Part shown: one piece after another, positions 13,350 through 28,200 of the stretch | Position numbering within the stretch: the stretch's first letter is position 1 | Layout: every line of letters begins with the position of its first letter | Assembly: GCA_009914755.4 (NCBI GenBank) | Contig: CP068257.2 | Span: 7,232,001 to 7,296,000 of the forward strand | DNA: 64,000 nt | Origin: the human T2T-CHM13v2.0 reference genome, Homo sapiens | Direction: 5' to 3' | Made by a program: the position numbers and the translations under genes | The notes under the pieces: model-generated | The model's database searches: none | Told to the model about the DNA's origin: nothing | Seen by the model: the letters and a program-made list of their open reading frames with translations, nothing else

Positions 13350-16300
13350 CAATGCAATGGAATGGAATGGAATGGGATGGAATCAACCCGAGTGGAATGG
13401 AATGGACTGGAATGGAATAGAATGGAATGGATTGGAATGGAATGCAGTGGCATGGAATTGAATGGAAAGGAACGCAATGGAATGGAATGGAAAGGAATCA
13501 ACCCGAATGGAATGAAATGGAATGTAATGCAATGGAATGGAGCGGAATCAACCTGATTGGAATGGAATGGAATGGAATGGAATGCAATGGAATGGAATGG
13601 AAAGAAATCAACCCGAATGGAATTTAATGGAATGGAAAGGAAAAGAATGGAATGGAATGGAATGGAATCGAATGCAATGGAATGGAATGGAATGGAATGG
13701 AATGGAATGGAATGGAATCATCCCGAGTGGAATGGAATGGTATGGAATGCAATGGAATGGAATGGAACAGAACGGAATGGAGAGGAATGGAATAGATTGA
13801 ATCCGAGAGGAATTGACTTGAGTGGAATGGATTGGAATGGAATGCAAGGGATTTAACCCAGTTGAATGTCATGGATTGGAAAGGAGTGGAATGGAATGGA
13901 ATGGAAAGGAGTGGAATGGAATGGAATGGAATCAACACGAATGGAACGGAACGCAATGGATGGAATGGAAACAACACGAATGGAATGGAACGGAACGGAA
14001 TGGAATGGAATGCTTTGGAATGGAAAGAATTGGAACGAAATAAACACGAATAGAATGGAACAGAATGGAATGGAATGGAATGGAATGGAATGGAATGGAA
14101 TGAAATGGAAAGGAACGGAATGGAATTAACCCGAGTGGAACGGAATGGAATGGAAAGGAATCAATCCGAGTGGAATGAAATGGAATGTAATGCAATGCAA
14201 TGGAGCGGAATCAACCTGAGTCGAATGCAATGGAATGGAATGGAAAGGAGTGGAATGGAATGGAGTGGAATGGAATTGAATGGAATGGAATGCAATGGGA
14301 TGCAATGGAACGGAATGGAATCCAATGGAATCAACTGGAACGGAATAGCATAGAATGGAATGGAATGGAATGGAATCAATCCGGGTGGAATGGAATGGAA
14401 TGTATGGAGTGGAATAGAATGGAATGGAGTGGAATGGAATGGAACGGAATGCAGTGGAATTTAATCGAATGGAATCAACCCGAATGGAATGGAACGGAAT
14501 GGAATGGAAAGGAATGGAATTTAATGGAAAGGAATGGAATGGAATGGAAAGGAATGGAATGGAATCAACACGAATGGGATGGAATGGAATGCTATAGAAT
14601 GAACCCGAGTGTAAGGGAAATGCATGGAATGGAATGGAATGGAATGGAATCAACCCAAGTGCAATGGAATTGCATGGAATACAACGGAAGCAACCCGAGT
14701 GGAATGGAATGGAAAGGAATGGAATGTAATGGAATGTAAAGGAATGGAATGGAATCAACCCGAATTGAATGGAATAGAAAGGCATGCAATGGAATGGAAT
14801 GGAAAGCAATGGAATGGAATCAACCCGACTGGAATGGAATGGATTGGAATGGATTGGAGTGGAATGGAAGGCAATGCAATGGAGTGCAATGGATGTCAAT
14901 GCAATGGAATGGAATGGAATGGAAAGGAATGGAACGGAATGGAATTAAATGGCATGGAATGGAATCAACCCGAATGGAATGGATTGGAATGGAATGGAAT
15001 GGAATGGAATGGAATGGAATGGAATCAACCCGAAAGGAATGGAATGGAATAGAAAGGAATGAATGGAATGGAATGGAATGGAATGGAATGGAATGGGATG
15101 GAATCAACCCGAGTGGAATGGAATGGACTGGAATGGAATAGAATGGAATGGAATGGAATGGAATGCAGTGGAATGGAATGGAAGGGAAGGGAACGCAATG
15201 GAATGGAATGGAAAGTAATCAACCCGAGTGGAATGAAATGGAATGTAATGCAATGGAATGGAGCGGAATCAACCTGATTGGATTGGAATGGAATGGAATG
15301 GAAAGCAATGGAATGGAATGGAATGAAATCAACCCGAATGGAATGGAATGGAATGGAAAGGAAAAGAATGGAATGGAATGGAATGGAAACGAATGCAATG
15401 GAATGGAATGGAATGGAATGGAATGGAATGGAATGGAATCATCCCGAGTGGAATGGAATGGCATGGAATGCAATGGAATGGAATGGAACAGAACGGAATG
15501 GAGAGGAATGGAATAGATTGAATCCGAGAGGAATTTACTTGAGTGGAATGGATTGGAATGGAATGCAAGGGATTCAACCCAGTTGAATGTCATGGATTGG
15601 AAAGGAGTGGAATGGAATGGAATGGAAAGGAGTGGAATGGAATGGAATGGAATCAACACGAATGGAATGGAATGGAATGGAATGGAATGGAAACAATACG
15701 AATGAAATGGAACGGAACGGAATGGAATGGAATGCTGTGGAATGGAACGAATTGGAACGAAATAAACACGAATAGAATGGAACAGAATGGAATGGAATGG
15801 AATGCAATGGAATGGTATGGAATGGAATGGAATGGAATGAAATGGAAAGGATCGGAATGGAATTAACCTGAGTGGAACGGAATGGAATGGAAAGGAATCA
15901 ACCCGAGTGGAATGAAATGGAATGTAATGCAATGCAATGGAGCGGAATCAACCTGAGTCGAATGCAATGGAATGGAATGGAAAGGGGTGGAATGGAATGG
16001 AATGGAATGGAATGCAATGGGATGCAATGGAACGGAATGGAATCCAATGGAATCAACTGGAATGGAATAGCATAGAATGGAATGGAATGGAATGGAATCA
16101 ATCCGGGTGGAATGGAATGGAATGTATGGAGTGGAATAGAATGGAATGGAGTGGAAAGGAATGGAATGGAATGCAGTGGAATTTAATCGAATGCAGTCAA
16201 CCCGAATGGAGTGGAACGGAATGGAATGGAATGGAAAGGAATGGAATGGAATGGAAGGGAATGGAATGGAATCAACACGAATGGGATGGAATGGAATGGA

Positions 16301-16800
16301 ATGGAATGGAATGGAATGGAATGCAATGGAATGCTATGGAATCAACCCGAGTGTAAGGGAAATGCATAGAATGGAATGGAATGGAATGGAATGGAATGGA
16401 ATCAAGCTAAGTGCAATGGAATGGCATGGAATGCAACGGAATCAACACGAGTGGAATGGAATGGAAAGGAATGGAATGAAATGGAATGGAAAGGAATGGA
16501 ATGGAATCAAACCGAATGGAATGGAATAGAAAGGCATGCAATGGAATGGAATGGAAAGCAATGGAATGGAATCAACCCGACTGTAATGGAATGGAATGGA
16601 AAGGAATCAATGGAATGGAATGGAATGGAATGGAAAGGTATGCAATCAACCCGAGTGGAATGGAATGGAATGGAATGGAATGGAGAAGAATGGAAGGCAA
16701 TTCAAAGGAATGGAATGGAAAGGAATGGAATGGAATGGAATGGAATGGAATGGAATCAACACGAGTAGAATGGAATGTAATGGAATGGAGTGGAATGGAA
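13350..16800. repeat. About 1.73-kb tandem duplication (two adjacent copies, about 13.35-15.07 kb and 15.07-16.8 kb)
   Basis: Landmark gagcggaatcaacctgagtcgaatgcaatgg occurs at about 14201 and 15941 (offset 1740). Landmark gttgaatgtcatggattggaaagga occurs at about 13861 and 15581 (offset 1720). ORFs 13347..13556, 13557..13856 and 14075..14353 have near-identical counterparts at 15059..15277, 15278..15586 and 15872..16075. Boundaries are approximate. Confidence 0.7.
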
Positions 16801-18938
16801 TGGAATTGAATGGAATGGAAGGGAACGGAACGGAATGGAATGGAATGGAATGGAATGGAATGGAATGGAATGGAATGAACCCGAATGGAATGGAATGGAA
16901 TGGAATGGAATGGAATGGAATGGAATTGAATGGAATGTAATGGAATGGAATAGAATCAACTCGAGTGGAATGGAATGGAATGGAATGGAGTGGAATGGAA
17001 TGGAATTGAATGGAATGGAATGGAATCAACCCGACTGGAATGGAATGGAATGGAATGGAATGGAATGGAATGGAATGGAACGGCATGGAACGGAATGGAA
17101 TTGAATGGCATGGAATGGAATCAACCCGATTGGAATGGTATGGAATGGAATGGAATGGAATGGCATGAAATCAACCCGAGTGTAATGGAAATGAATGGAA
17201 TTCAATGGAATGGAATGGAATGGAATGGAATAGAATGGAATGGAATCAAGCCAAGTGCAATGGAATGAAATAGAATGCAACGGAATCAACCCGAGTGGAA
17301 TGGAATAGAAAGGCATGCAATGGAATGGAATGGAAAGCAATGGAATGGAATCAACGCGACTGGAATGGAATGGAATGTAAAGGAATGAATGGAATGGAAT
17401 GGAATGGAAAGGTATGGAATAAACCCGAGTGGAATGGAATGGTATGGAATGGAATGGAATGGAATGGAATGGAATGGAATGGAATGGAATGGAATGGAGT
17501 GGAATGGAAGGCAATGAAATGGAATGGAATGGAATGGATTGGAATAGAATGGAATGGAATGGAATGGAACGGAATTGAATTGAATGCCATGGAATGAACC
17601 CGAATGGAATGCAATGGAGTGAAATAGAAACAACTCGAGTGGACTGGAATGTAATGGAATGGAGTGGAATGGAATGGAATGGAATGGAATGGAATGGAAT
17701 GGAATGGAATCAACACAAATGGAATGGAATGGAATGGAATGGAATGGAATGGAATGGAATGGAATCAACCCGAATGGTATGGAATGGAATGGAATAGAAA
17801 GGAATGGAATGGAATAGAATGGAATAGAATGGAATCAACCAGAATGACATGGAATGGAATGGAATAGAATGGAATCAACCAGAGTGGAATGGAATGGAAT
17901 GGAATGCAATGGAATTGAACGGAATACAATGGAATTGAATGGAGTCATCCCGATTGGAATGGCATGGTATGGAATGCAATGGAATGGAATGGAACAGCAT
18001 GGAATGGAATGGAATCAATAGATTGAATCCGAGTGGAATTGAATGGAATGGAATGGATTGGAATGGAATGTAATGGATTGGAATGTAAAGGAATCCTTTC
18101 AAACCGATTGGAATGTCATGGATTGGAATGGAGTGGAATGGAATGGAATGGAATGGAAAGGAATGGAGTGGAGTGGAGTAAACACCAGTGGAATGAAATG
18201 GAATGGAATGAAATAGAATGGAATGGAATGGAATGGAATGAACCCGAATGGAATGGAATGGAATGGAATGGAATGAAATCAACTCGCGTGGAATGGAACG
18301 GAATGGAATGGAATTGAATGGAATGGAAAGGAATGGAATCAACTGCAATGGAATGAAATGGATTGGAATGGAGTGGAATGGAATGGAATGCAATGGAATC
18401 AACCCGAGTTTAATGCAATGGAATGGAATGGAATGGAATGGAATGCAATGGAATGGAATGGAATCAACCCGAGTGGAGTGTAATGAAATTGAATGGAATG
18501 GAATGGAATTAACCCGAGTGGAACGGAATGGAATGGAATGGAATGGAATCAACCCGAGTGGAATAAAATGGAATAGAATGGAATGGAATCAACTCGAGAG
18601 GAACAGAATGTAATGCAATGATATGGAATCAACCCGAGTGGAATGGAATGGAAAGGAATGGAATTGAATTAAATGGAAAGGAATGGAATCAACAGTAATT
18701 GAATGAAATGGAATGGAATGGAACAGAACGGAAAGGATTGGAATGGAATATATTGAATCCGAAAGGAATTGACGGCAGTGGAATGGATTGGAATGGAATG
18801 CAAGGGATTCAACCCAGTTGAATGTCATGGATTGGAAAGGAGTGTAATGGAAATGAATGGAATGGAATGGAATGGAATGGAATCAACCCTAGTGCAATGG
18901 AATGGAATAGAATGCAATGGAATCAACCTGAGTGGAAT

Positions 18939-19206
18939 GGAATAGAAAGGCATGCAATGGAATGGAATGGAAAGAAATGGAATGGAATTAACCCGACTGG
19001 AATGGAAAGGAATGGAAAGGAATGAAGGGAATGGAATGGAATGGAAATGTACGGAATCAACCCGAGTGGAATGGAATAGAAAGGCATGCAATGGAATGGA
19101 ATAGAAAGCAATGGAATGGAATTAACCCGACTGGAATGGAAAGGAATGGAAAGGAATGAAGGGAATGGAATGGAATGGAAATGTATAGAATCAACCCGAG
19201 TGGAAT
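18939..19206. repeat. About 134-bp local tandem duplication beginning ggaatagaaaggcatgcaatgg
   Basis: Unit 18939-19072 is repeated at 19073-19206 with a handful of substitutions (gtacgg versus gtatag; ggaaagaaatgg versus agaaagcaatgg). Confidence 0.8.
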
Positions 19207-22200
19207 GCAATGGAATGGAATGGAATGGAATTGAATGGAGTGGAATGGAAGGCAATGGAATGGAATGGAATGGAATGGAATGGAATGGAATGGAATGGAA
19301 CTGAATGGAACTGAACGGAATGGAATTGAATGGCATGGAATGAACCAGAATGGAATGTAATGGAATATAATGGAATGGAATGGAATGGAATGGAATGGAA
19401 TGGATTAGATTCAACTCGATTGGAATGGAATGTAATGGAATGGAGTGAAATGGAATGGAATTGAATGGAATGGAATGGAATGGAATGGAATGGAATGGAA
19501 TGGAATCAGCTTGAATGGAATGGAATGGAATGGAATGGAATGGAATGGAAGGGCATCGAATCAACACGAGTGGAATGGAATGGAATGGAATTCAATGGAA
19601 TGGAATGGTATGGAATCAACCCGAGTGGAATATTATCGAATGGAATGGAATGGAACGGAATGGAAGGGAATAAAATGTAATTAAATGGAATGGAATCAAC
19701 CGGAGTGGAATGGAATGGAATGGACTGTAATGGTATGTAATGGAATGGAATGGAATTAAACGGAAAGGAACGGAATGGAATCAACACGAGTGGAAGGGAA
19801 TGGAATGGAATGGAATGGAATCAACCCGAGTGGAATGGAATGGAATGGAATGCAATGGAATGAAACGGAGTATAATGGAATGGAATGGAAACATCCCGAG
19901 TGGAATGGAATGGTATGAAATGCAATGGAACGGAATGGAACAGAACGGAATGGAATGGAACGGAATAGATTGAATCAGAGAGGAATTGAATGGAGAGGAA
20001 TGGATTGAAATGGAATGCAATGGATTCAACCCTAGTTGAAAGTCATGGATTGGAAAGGAATGGAACGGAACGGAATGGAACGGAGTGGAATGGAATAGAA
20101 TCAACTCGAGTGGAATGGAATTTAATGGAATAGAGTGGAATGGAATGGAATTGAATGGAATGGAATGGAATGGAATTGAATGGAATGGAATCAAACCTAA
20201 TGGAATGGAATGGAATGGTATGGAATCAACCCGAGTGGAATGCAATGGAATCGAATGCAATGGAATGAAACGGAATATAATGGAATGGAATGGAAACATC
20301 CCGAGTGGAATGGAATGCAATAGAACGGAATGGAACAGAACGGAATGGAATGGAACGGAATAGATTGAATCATAGAGGAATTTAATGGAGAGGAATGGAT
20401 TGGAATGGAATGCAATGGATTCAACCCTAGTTGAATGTCATGGATTGGAAAGGAATGGAATGGAATGGAATGGAATGGAGTGGAATGGAATGGAGTGGAC
20501 TCAACACGAATGGAATGGAACGGAATGGAACGGAATGGAATGGAATGGAATGGAATGGAAACAACACGAATAGAATGGAACGGAGTGGAATGGAATGCTG
20601 TGGAATGGAATGGAATGGAATGAAATAAACACGAATAGAATGGAATGGAATGGAATGGAATGGAATGGAATGGAATGGAATGGAATGGAACGGAACGGAA
20701 TGGAATGGAATGGAATGGAATGGAATGGAATGGAACGGAATGGAATTAACCCAAGTGGAATTGGATGGAATGGAAAGGAATCAACCCGAGTGGAATGAAA
20801 TGGAATGTAATGCAATGGAATGGAGCGGAATCAACCTGAGTGGAATGGAATGGAAGGGAATGGAATGGAATGGAATGGAATGGAATGGAATGCAATCAAC
20901 CCGAATGGAATGGAATGGAATGGAATGGAATGGAATGGAATCAACCCGAGTGGAATGGAATGGAATGGAATTGAATGGAATGGAATGGAATGGAATGGAA
21001 TGGAATGGAATGGAATGGAATCAAACTTAATGGAATGGAATGGAATGCTGTGGAATCAACCCGAGTGGAATGCAATGGAATCGAATCCAATGGAATGGCA
21101 TGGAACAGAACGGTAAGTAATGGAATGCAATAGATTGAATCTGAGAGGAATTGACTGGAGTGGAATGGATTGGAATGGAATGCAAGGGATTCAAATCAGT
21201 TGAATGTCATGGATTGGAAAGGAGTGGAATGGAATGGAATGGAAAGCAGTGGAATGGAATGGAATGATATCAACACGAATGGAATTGTACAGAATGGAAT
21301 GGAATGGAATGGAACGGAATGGAATGGAATGGAAACAACACGAATGGAATGGAACGGAACGGAATGGAATGGAATGCTGTGGAATCCAATGGAATGCAAT
21401 GAAATAAAAACGAATAGAATGGAACGGAATGGAATGGGAAGGAATGGAATGGAATGGATTGGAATGGAATGCAAGGGATTCAACCCAGTTGAATGTCATG
21501 GATTGGAAAGGAGTGGAATGGAATAGAATGGAAAGGAGTGGAATGGAATAGAATGGAATCAACATGGTTGAAATGGAACGGAATGGAATGTAATGGAAAC
21601 AACACGAATGGAATGGAACGGAACGGAATGGAATGGAATGCTGTGGAATGGAAAGAATTGGAACGAAATAAACACGAATAGAATGGAACAGAATGGAATG
21701 GAATGGAATGGAATGGAATGGAATGGAATCAACCCGAATGGAATGGAATGGAATGGAATGGAATGGAATGGAATTGAACGGCATGGAATCAACCCGAGTG
21801 GAATGGAATGGAATGGAATTCAATGGAATGCAATGGAATGGAATGGTATGGAATCAACCCGAGTGGAATATTATTGAATGGAATGGAATGGAACGGATTG
21901 GAATGGAATAAAATGTAATGTAATGGAATGGAATCAACCGGAGTGGAATGGAATGGAATGAAGTGGAATGGAATATAATCGAATGGAATGGAATTAAATA
22001 GAAAGGAACAGAATGGAATCAACACGAGTGGAAGGGAATGTAATGGAATGGAATGGAATCAACCCGAGTGGAATGGAATGGAATGGAATGCAATGGAATG
22101 AAACGGAATATAATGGAATGGAATGGAAATATCCCGAGTGGAATGGAATGGTATGGAAGGCAATGGATCGGAATGGAACAGAACGGAATGGAATGGAACG

Positions 22201-25200
22201 GAATAGATTGAATCAGAGAGGAATTGAAAGGAGAGAAATGGATTGGAATGGAATGCAATGGATTCAACATTAGTTGAATGTCATGGATTGGAAAGGAATG
22301 GAATGGAATGGAATGGAATGGAATGGAGTGGAATCAACACGAATGGAATGGAACGGAATGGAATGGAAAGGAATGGAATGGAAAGGAATGGAATGGAATG
22401 GAAAGGAAACAACACGAATAGAATGGAACGGAATGGGAGGGAATGCTGTGGAATGGAATGGAATGGAATGAAATAAACAGGAATAGAATGGAACGAAATA
22501 AACACGAATAGAATGGAACGGAATGGAATGGAATGGAATGGAATGCAGTGAAAAGGAAAGGAATGGAATGGAATTAACCCGAGGGGAATTGAATGGAATG
22601 GAAAGGAATCAACCCGAGTGGAATGAAATGGAATGTAATTCAATGGAATGGAGCGGAATCAACTTGAGTGGAATGGAATGGAATGGAATGGAATGGAATG
22701 GAATGGAATGGAATGGAAAGGAATGGAATGGAAAGGAATGGAATGGAATGCAATGGAATGGAATGGAATGGAATCAACCTGAATGGAATGGAACGGAATT
22801 TAAAGGAAAGGAATGGAAAGGAATGGAATGGAATGGAAAGGAATGGAATGGAATGGAATGGAATGGAATGGAATGGAATGGAATGGAATGGAATCATCCC
22901 GAGTGGAATGGAATGGTATGGAATGCAATGGAATGGAAAGGAACAGAACGGAAAGGAATGGAATAGAATAGATTGAATCCGAGAGGAATTGAATGGAGTG
23001 GAATGGATTGGAACGGAATGCAAGGGATTCAACCCAGTTGAATGTCCTGTATTGGAAAGGAGTGGAATGGAATGGAATGGAAAGGAGTGGAATGGAACGG
23101 AATGGAATCAACACAAATGGAATGGAACGGAATGGAATGGAATGGAATGGAATGCAAAGGTATGGAATCAACCCGAGTGGAATGGAGTGGAATGGAATGG
23201 AATGGAATGGAATGGAATGGAATGGAGGGCAATGGAATGGAATGGATTGGAATGGAATGGAATGGAATGGAGTGGAGTGGAAGGCAATGAAATGGAATGG
23301 AATGGAATGGAAGGGAACGGAACGGAATGCAATTATATGGCATGGAATGAGCCCGAATGGAATGGAATGGAATCAACCCGAGTGGAATTGAATGGAATGG
23401 AATGCAATGGAATGAAACGGAATATAATGGAATGGAATGGAAACATACCGAGTGGAATGGAATGGTATGGAATGCAATGGAACGGAATGGAACAGAACGG
23501 AATGGAATGGAATGGAATAGATTGAATCAGAGAGGATTTGAATGGAGAGGAATGGATTGGAATGGAATGCAATGGATTCAACCCTAGTTGAATGTCATGG
23601 ATTGGAAAGGAATGGAACGGAATGGAATGGAATGGAGTGTAATGGAATAGAATCAACTCGAGTGGAATGGAATTTAATGGAATAGAGTGGAATGGAAATG
23701 AATTGAATGGAATGGAATGGAATGGAATGGAATGGAATGGAATGGAATCAACCCTAATGGAATGGAATGGAATGGTATGGAATCAAACCGAGTGGAATGC
23801 AATGGATTCGAATGCAATGGAATGAAAGAGAATATAATGGAATGGAATGGAAACATCCCGAGTGGAATGGAATGGTATGGAATGCAATGGAACGGAATGG
23901 AACAGAACGGAATGGAATGGAACGGAATAGATTGAATCAAAGAGGATTTGAATGGAGAGGAATGGATTAGAATGGAATGCAATGAATTCAACCCTAGTTG
24001 AATGTCATGGATTGGAAAGGAATGGAATGGAATGGAATGGAGTGGAATCAACACGAAAGGAATGGAACGGAATGGAACGGAATGGAATGGAATGGAATGG
24101 AATGGAATGGAAACAACACGAATAGAACGGAACGGAATGGAATGGAATGCTGTGGAATGGAATGGAATGGAATGAAATTAACACGAATAGAATGGAACGG
24201 AATGGAATGGAATGGAATGGAATGGAATGGAATGGAATGGAATGGAATGGAATGGGGTGAAATGGAAAGCAACGGAATGGAATTAACCCAAGTGGAATTG
24301 AATGGAATGGAAAAGAATCAACCCGAGTGGCATGAAATGGAATGTAATGCAATGGAATGGAGCGGAATCAACCTGTGTAGAATGGAATGGAATGGGATGG
24401 AATGGAATGCAATGGAATGGAATGAAATGGAATCAACCCGAATGGAATGGAACGGAATGGAATGGAAAAGAATGGAGTGGAAAGGAATGGAATGGAGTGG
24501 AATGGAATGGAATGGAATGGAATGGCATCATCCAGAGTGGAATGGATTGGTATGGAATGCAATGGAATGGAATGGAACAGAACGGAAAGGAATGGAATGG
24601 AATAGATTGAATCCGAGAGGAGTTGACTGGAGTGGAATGTATTGGAACGGAATGCAAGGGATTCAACCCAGTTGAAAGTCAAGGATTAGAAAGGAATGGA
24701 ATGGAATGGAATGGAAAGGAGTGGAATGGAATGCAATGGAATCAACACGAATGGAATGGAACGGAATGGAAACGAATGGAATGGAATGGAATGGAATGGA
24801 ATGGAATGGAATGGAATGGAAACAACACGAATGGAATGGAACGGAACGGAAGGGAATGGAATGCTGTGGAATGGAAAGAATTGTAATGAAATATACACGA
24901 ATAGAATGGAACTTAATTGATTGGAAAGGAATGGAATGGAAAGGAATGGAATGGAATGGAATGGAATGAAACGGAAAGGAACGGAATGGAATTAACCCGA
25001 GTGGAACGGAATGGAATGGAAAGGAATCAACCCGAGTGGAATGAAATGGAATGTAATGCAATGGAATGGAGCGGAATCAACCTGAGTCGAATGCAATGGA
25101 ATGGAATGGAAAGGAGTGGAATGGAATGGAATGGAATGGAAAGAAATGGAATGGAATGGAACGGAATGGAATCCAATGGAATCAAGTGGAATGGAATAGC

Positions 25201-28200
25201 ATAGAATGGAATGGAATAGAATGGAATCAACCAGAACGGAATGTAATTGAAAGGAATGGAATGGAATGGAATGGAATGCTATGGAATCAACCCGAGTGGA
25301 ATGGAATGGAATGGAATGGAATGGAATGGAATGGAGTGGAATGGAATGGAATTGAATGGAGTGGAATGGAATGGAATGGAATGGATTGGATTGGAATAGA
25401 ATGGAGTGGAATCAACACGAATGTAATGAAATGGAATGGAATGGGAAGGTATGGAATCAACCCGAGTGGAATGGAATGGAATGGAATGGAATGGAATGGA
25501 ATGGAATGGAGTTGAATCGAGTTGAATGGAAGGCAATGGTATGGAATGGAAAGGAATGGAATGGAATGGAACTGAACGGAATTGAATTGAATGGCATGGA
25601 ATGAAGCCGAATGGAATGGAATGGAATGGAATGGAAAGGAATGGAATGGAATGGAATGAAATAGAATCAACTCGAGTGGAATGGAATGTAATGGAATGGA
25701 GTGGAATGGAATGGAATGGAGTGGAATGTAATGGAATTGAATGGAATGGAATGGAATGGAATGGAAAGGAATGGAATCAGCCTGAATGAAATGGAATGGA
25801 ATGGAATGGAATGGAATGGAAAGGCCTGGAATCAACCCGAATGGAATGGAACGGAGTGGAATGGAAAGGAATGGAATGGAATGGAATAGTATGGAATCAA
25901 CGAGAATGGAATGGAATGGAATGGAAAGGAATGGAATCATCCCGAGTGGAATGGAATGGTATAGAATGCAATGGAATGGAATGGAACAGAACGGAAAGGA
26001 ATTGAATGGAATAGATTGAATCCGAGAGGAATTGACTGGAGTGGAATGGATTGGAATGGAATGCAAGGGATTCAACTCAGTTGAATGTCATGGATTGGAA
26101 AGGAGTGGAATGGAATGGAATGGAAAAGAGTGGAATGGAATGGAATGGAATCAACACGAATGCAACGGAATGGAATGGAATGGAATGGAATGGAATGGAA
26201 AGGAATGGAAAGGAATGGAATCCAATGGAATCAAGTGGAATGGAATAGCATAGAATGGAATGGAATAGAATGGAATCAACCAGAACGGAATGGAATGGAA
26301 TGGAATGGAATGGAATGGAGTGGAATGGAAGGCAATGGAATGGAATGGAATGGAATGGAATGGAATGGAATGGAACTGAACGGAATGGAATTGAATGGCA
26401 TGGAATGAACCCGAATGGAGTGGAATGGAATAGAATGGAATGGAATGGAATGAAATAGAATCAACTCGAGTGGAATGGAATGTAATGGAATGGAGTGGAA
26501 TGGAATGGAATGGAATGGAATGGAATGGAATGGAATCAGCCTGAATGGAATGGAATGGAATGGAATGGAATTGAAGGGCATGGAATCAACCCGAGTGGAA
26601 TGCAATGGAATGGAATTCAATGGAATGGAATGGAATGGAATGGTATGGAATCAACCCGAGTGGAATATTATCGAATGGAATGGAATGGAACGGAATGGAA
26701 GGGAATAAAATGTAATTGAATGGAATGGAATCAACCGGAGTGGAATGGAATGGAATGGAGTGTAATGGTATGTAATGGAATGGAATGGAATTAAACGGAA
26801 AGGAACGGAATGGAATCAACACGAGTGGAAGGGAATGGAATGGAATGGAATGGAATCAACCCGAGTGGAATGGAATGGAATGGAATGCAATGGAAAGAAA
26901 CGGAGTATAATGGAACGGAATGGAAACATCCCGAGTGGAATGGAATGGTATGGAATGCAATGGAACGGAATGGAACAGAACGGAATGGAATGGAATGGAA
27001 TAGATTGAATCAGAGAGGAATTGAATGGAGTGGAATGGATTGCAATGGAATGCAATGGATTCAACCCTAGTTGAATGTCATGGATTGGAAAGGAATGGAA
27101 CGGAATGGAATGGAATGGAGTGGAATGGAATAGAATCAACACGAGTGGAATGGAATTTAATGGAATAGAGTGGAATGGAATGGAATGGAATGGAATGGAA
27201 TGGAATGGAATTGAATGGAATGGAATGGAATGGAATGGAATGGAATTGAATGGAATGGAATGGAATGGAATGGAATCAAACCTAATGGAATGGAATGGAA
27301 TGTTGTGGAATCAACCCTAGTGGAATGCAATGGAATCGAATGCAATGGAATGGCATGGAACAGAACAGTAAGTAATGGAATGCAATAGATTGACTCTGAG
27401 AGGAATTGACTGGAGTGGAATGGATTGGAATGGAATGCAAGGGATTCAACCCAGTTGAATGTCATGGATTGGAAAGGAGTGGAATGGAATGGTATGGAAA
27501 GCAGTGGAATGGAATGGAATGGTATCAACACGAATGGAATGGAACGGAATGGAATGGAATGGAATGGAATGGAATGGAATTGAATGGAATGGAATGGAAT
27601 GGAATAGAATGGAAACAACACGAATGGAATGGAAGGGAACGGAATGGAATGGAATGCCGTGGAATCCAAAGGAATGGAATGAAATAAAAACAAATAGAAT
27701 GGAACGGAATGGAATGGGAAGGAATGGAATGGAATGGATTGGAATGGAATGCAAGGGATTCAACCCATTTGAATGTCATGGATTGGAAACTAATGGAATG
27801 GAATGGAATGGAAAGGAGTGGAGTGGAATGGAATGGAATGGAATGGAATGGAATGGAATGGAATGGAATGGAATGGAATGGATTCAACCAGAATGGGATG
27901 GAATGGAATGGAATAGAATGGAATCAACCAGAGTGGATTGGAATGGAATGGAATGCAATTGAATTGAACGAAATAAAATGGATTTGAATGGAGTCATCCC
28001 GAGTGGAATGGGATTGTATGGAATGCAGTGGAATGGAATGGAACAGAATGGAAAGGAATGGAATCAATAGATTGAATCCGAGTGGAATTGAATGGAATGG
28101 AATGGATTGGAATGGAATGGAATGGATTAAAATGTAAAGGAATTCTTTCAAACCAATTGGAATGTCATGGATTGGAATGGAGTGGAATGGAATGGAATGG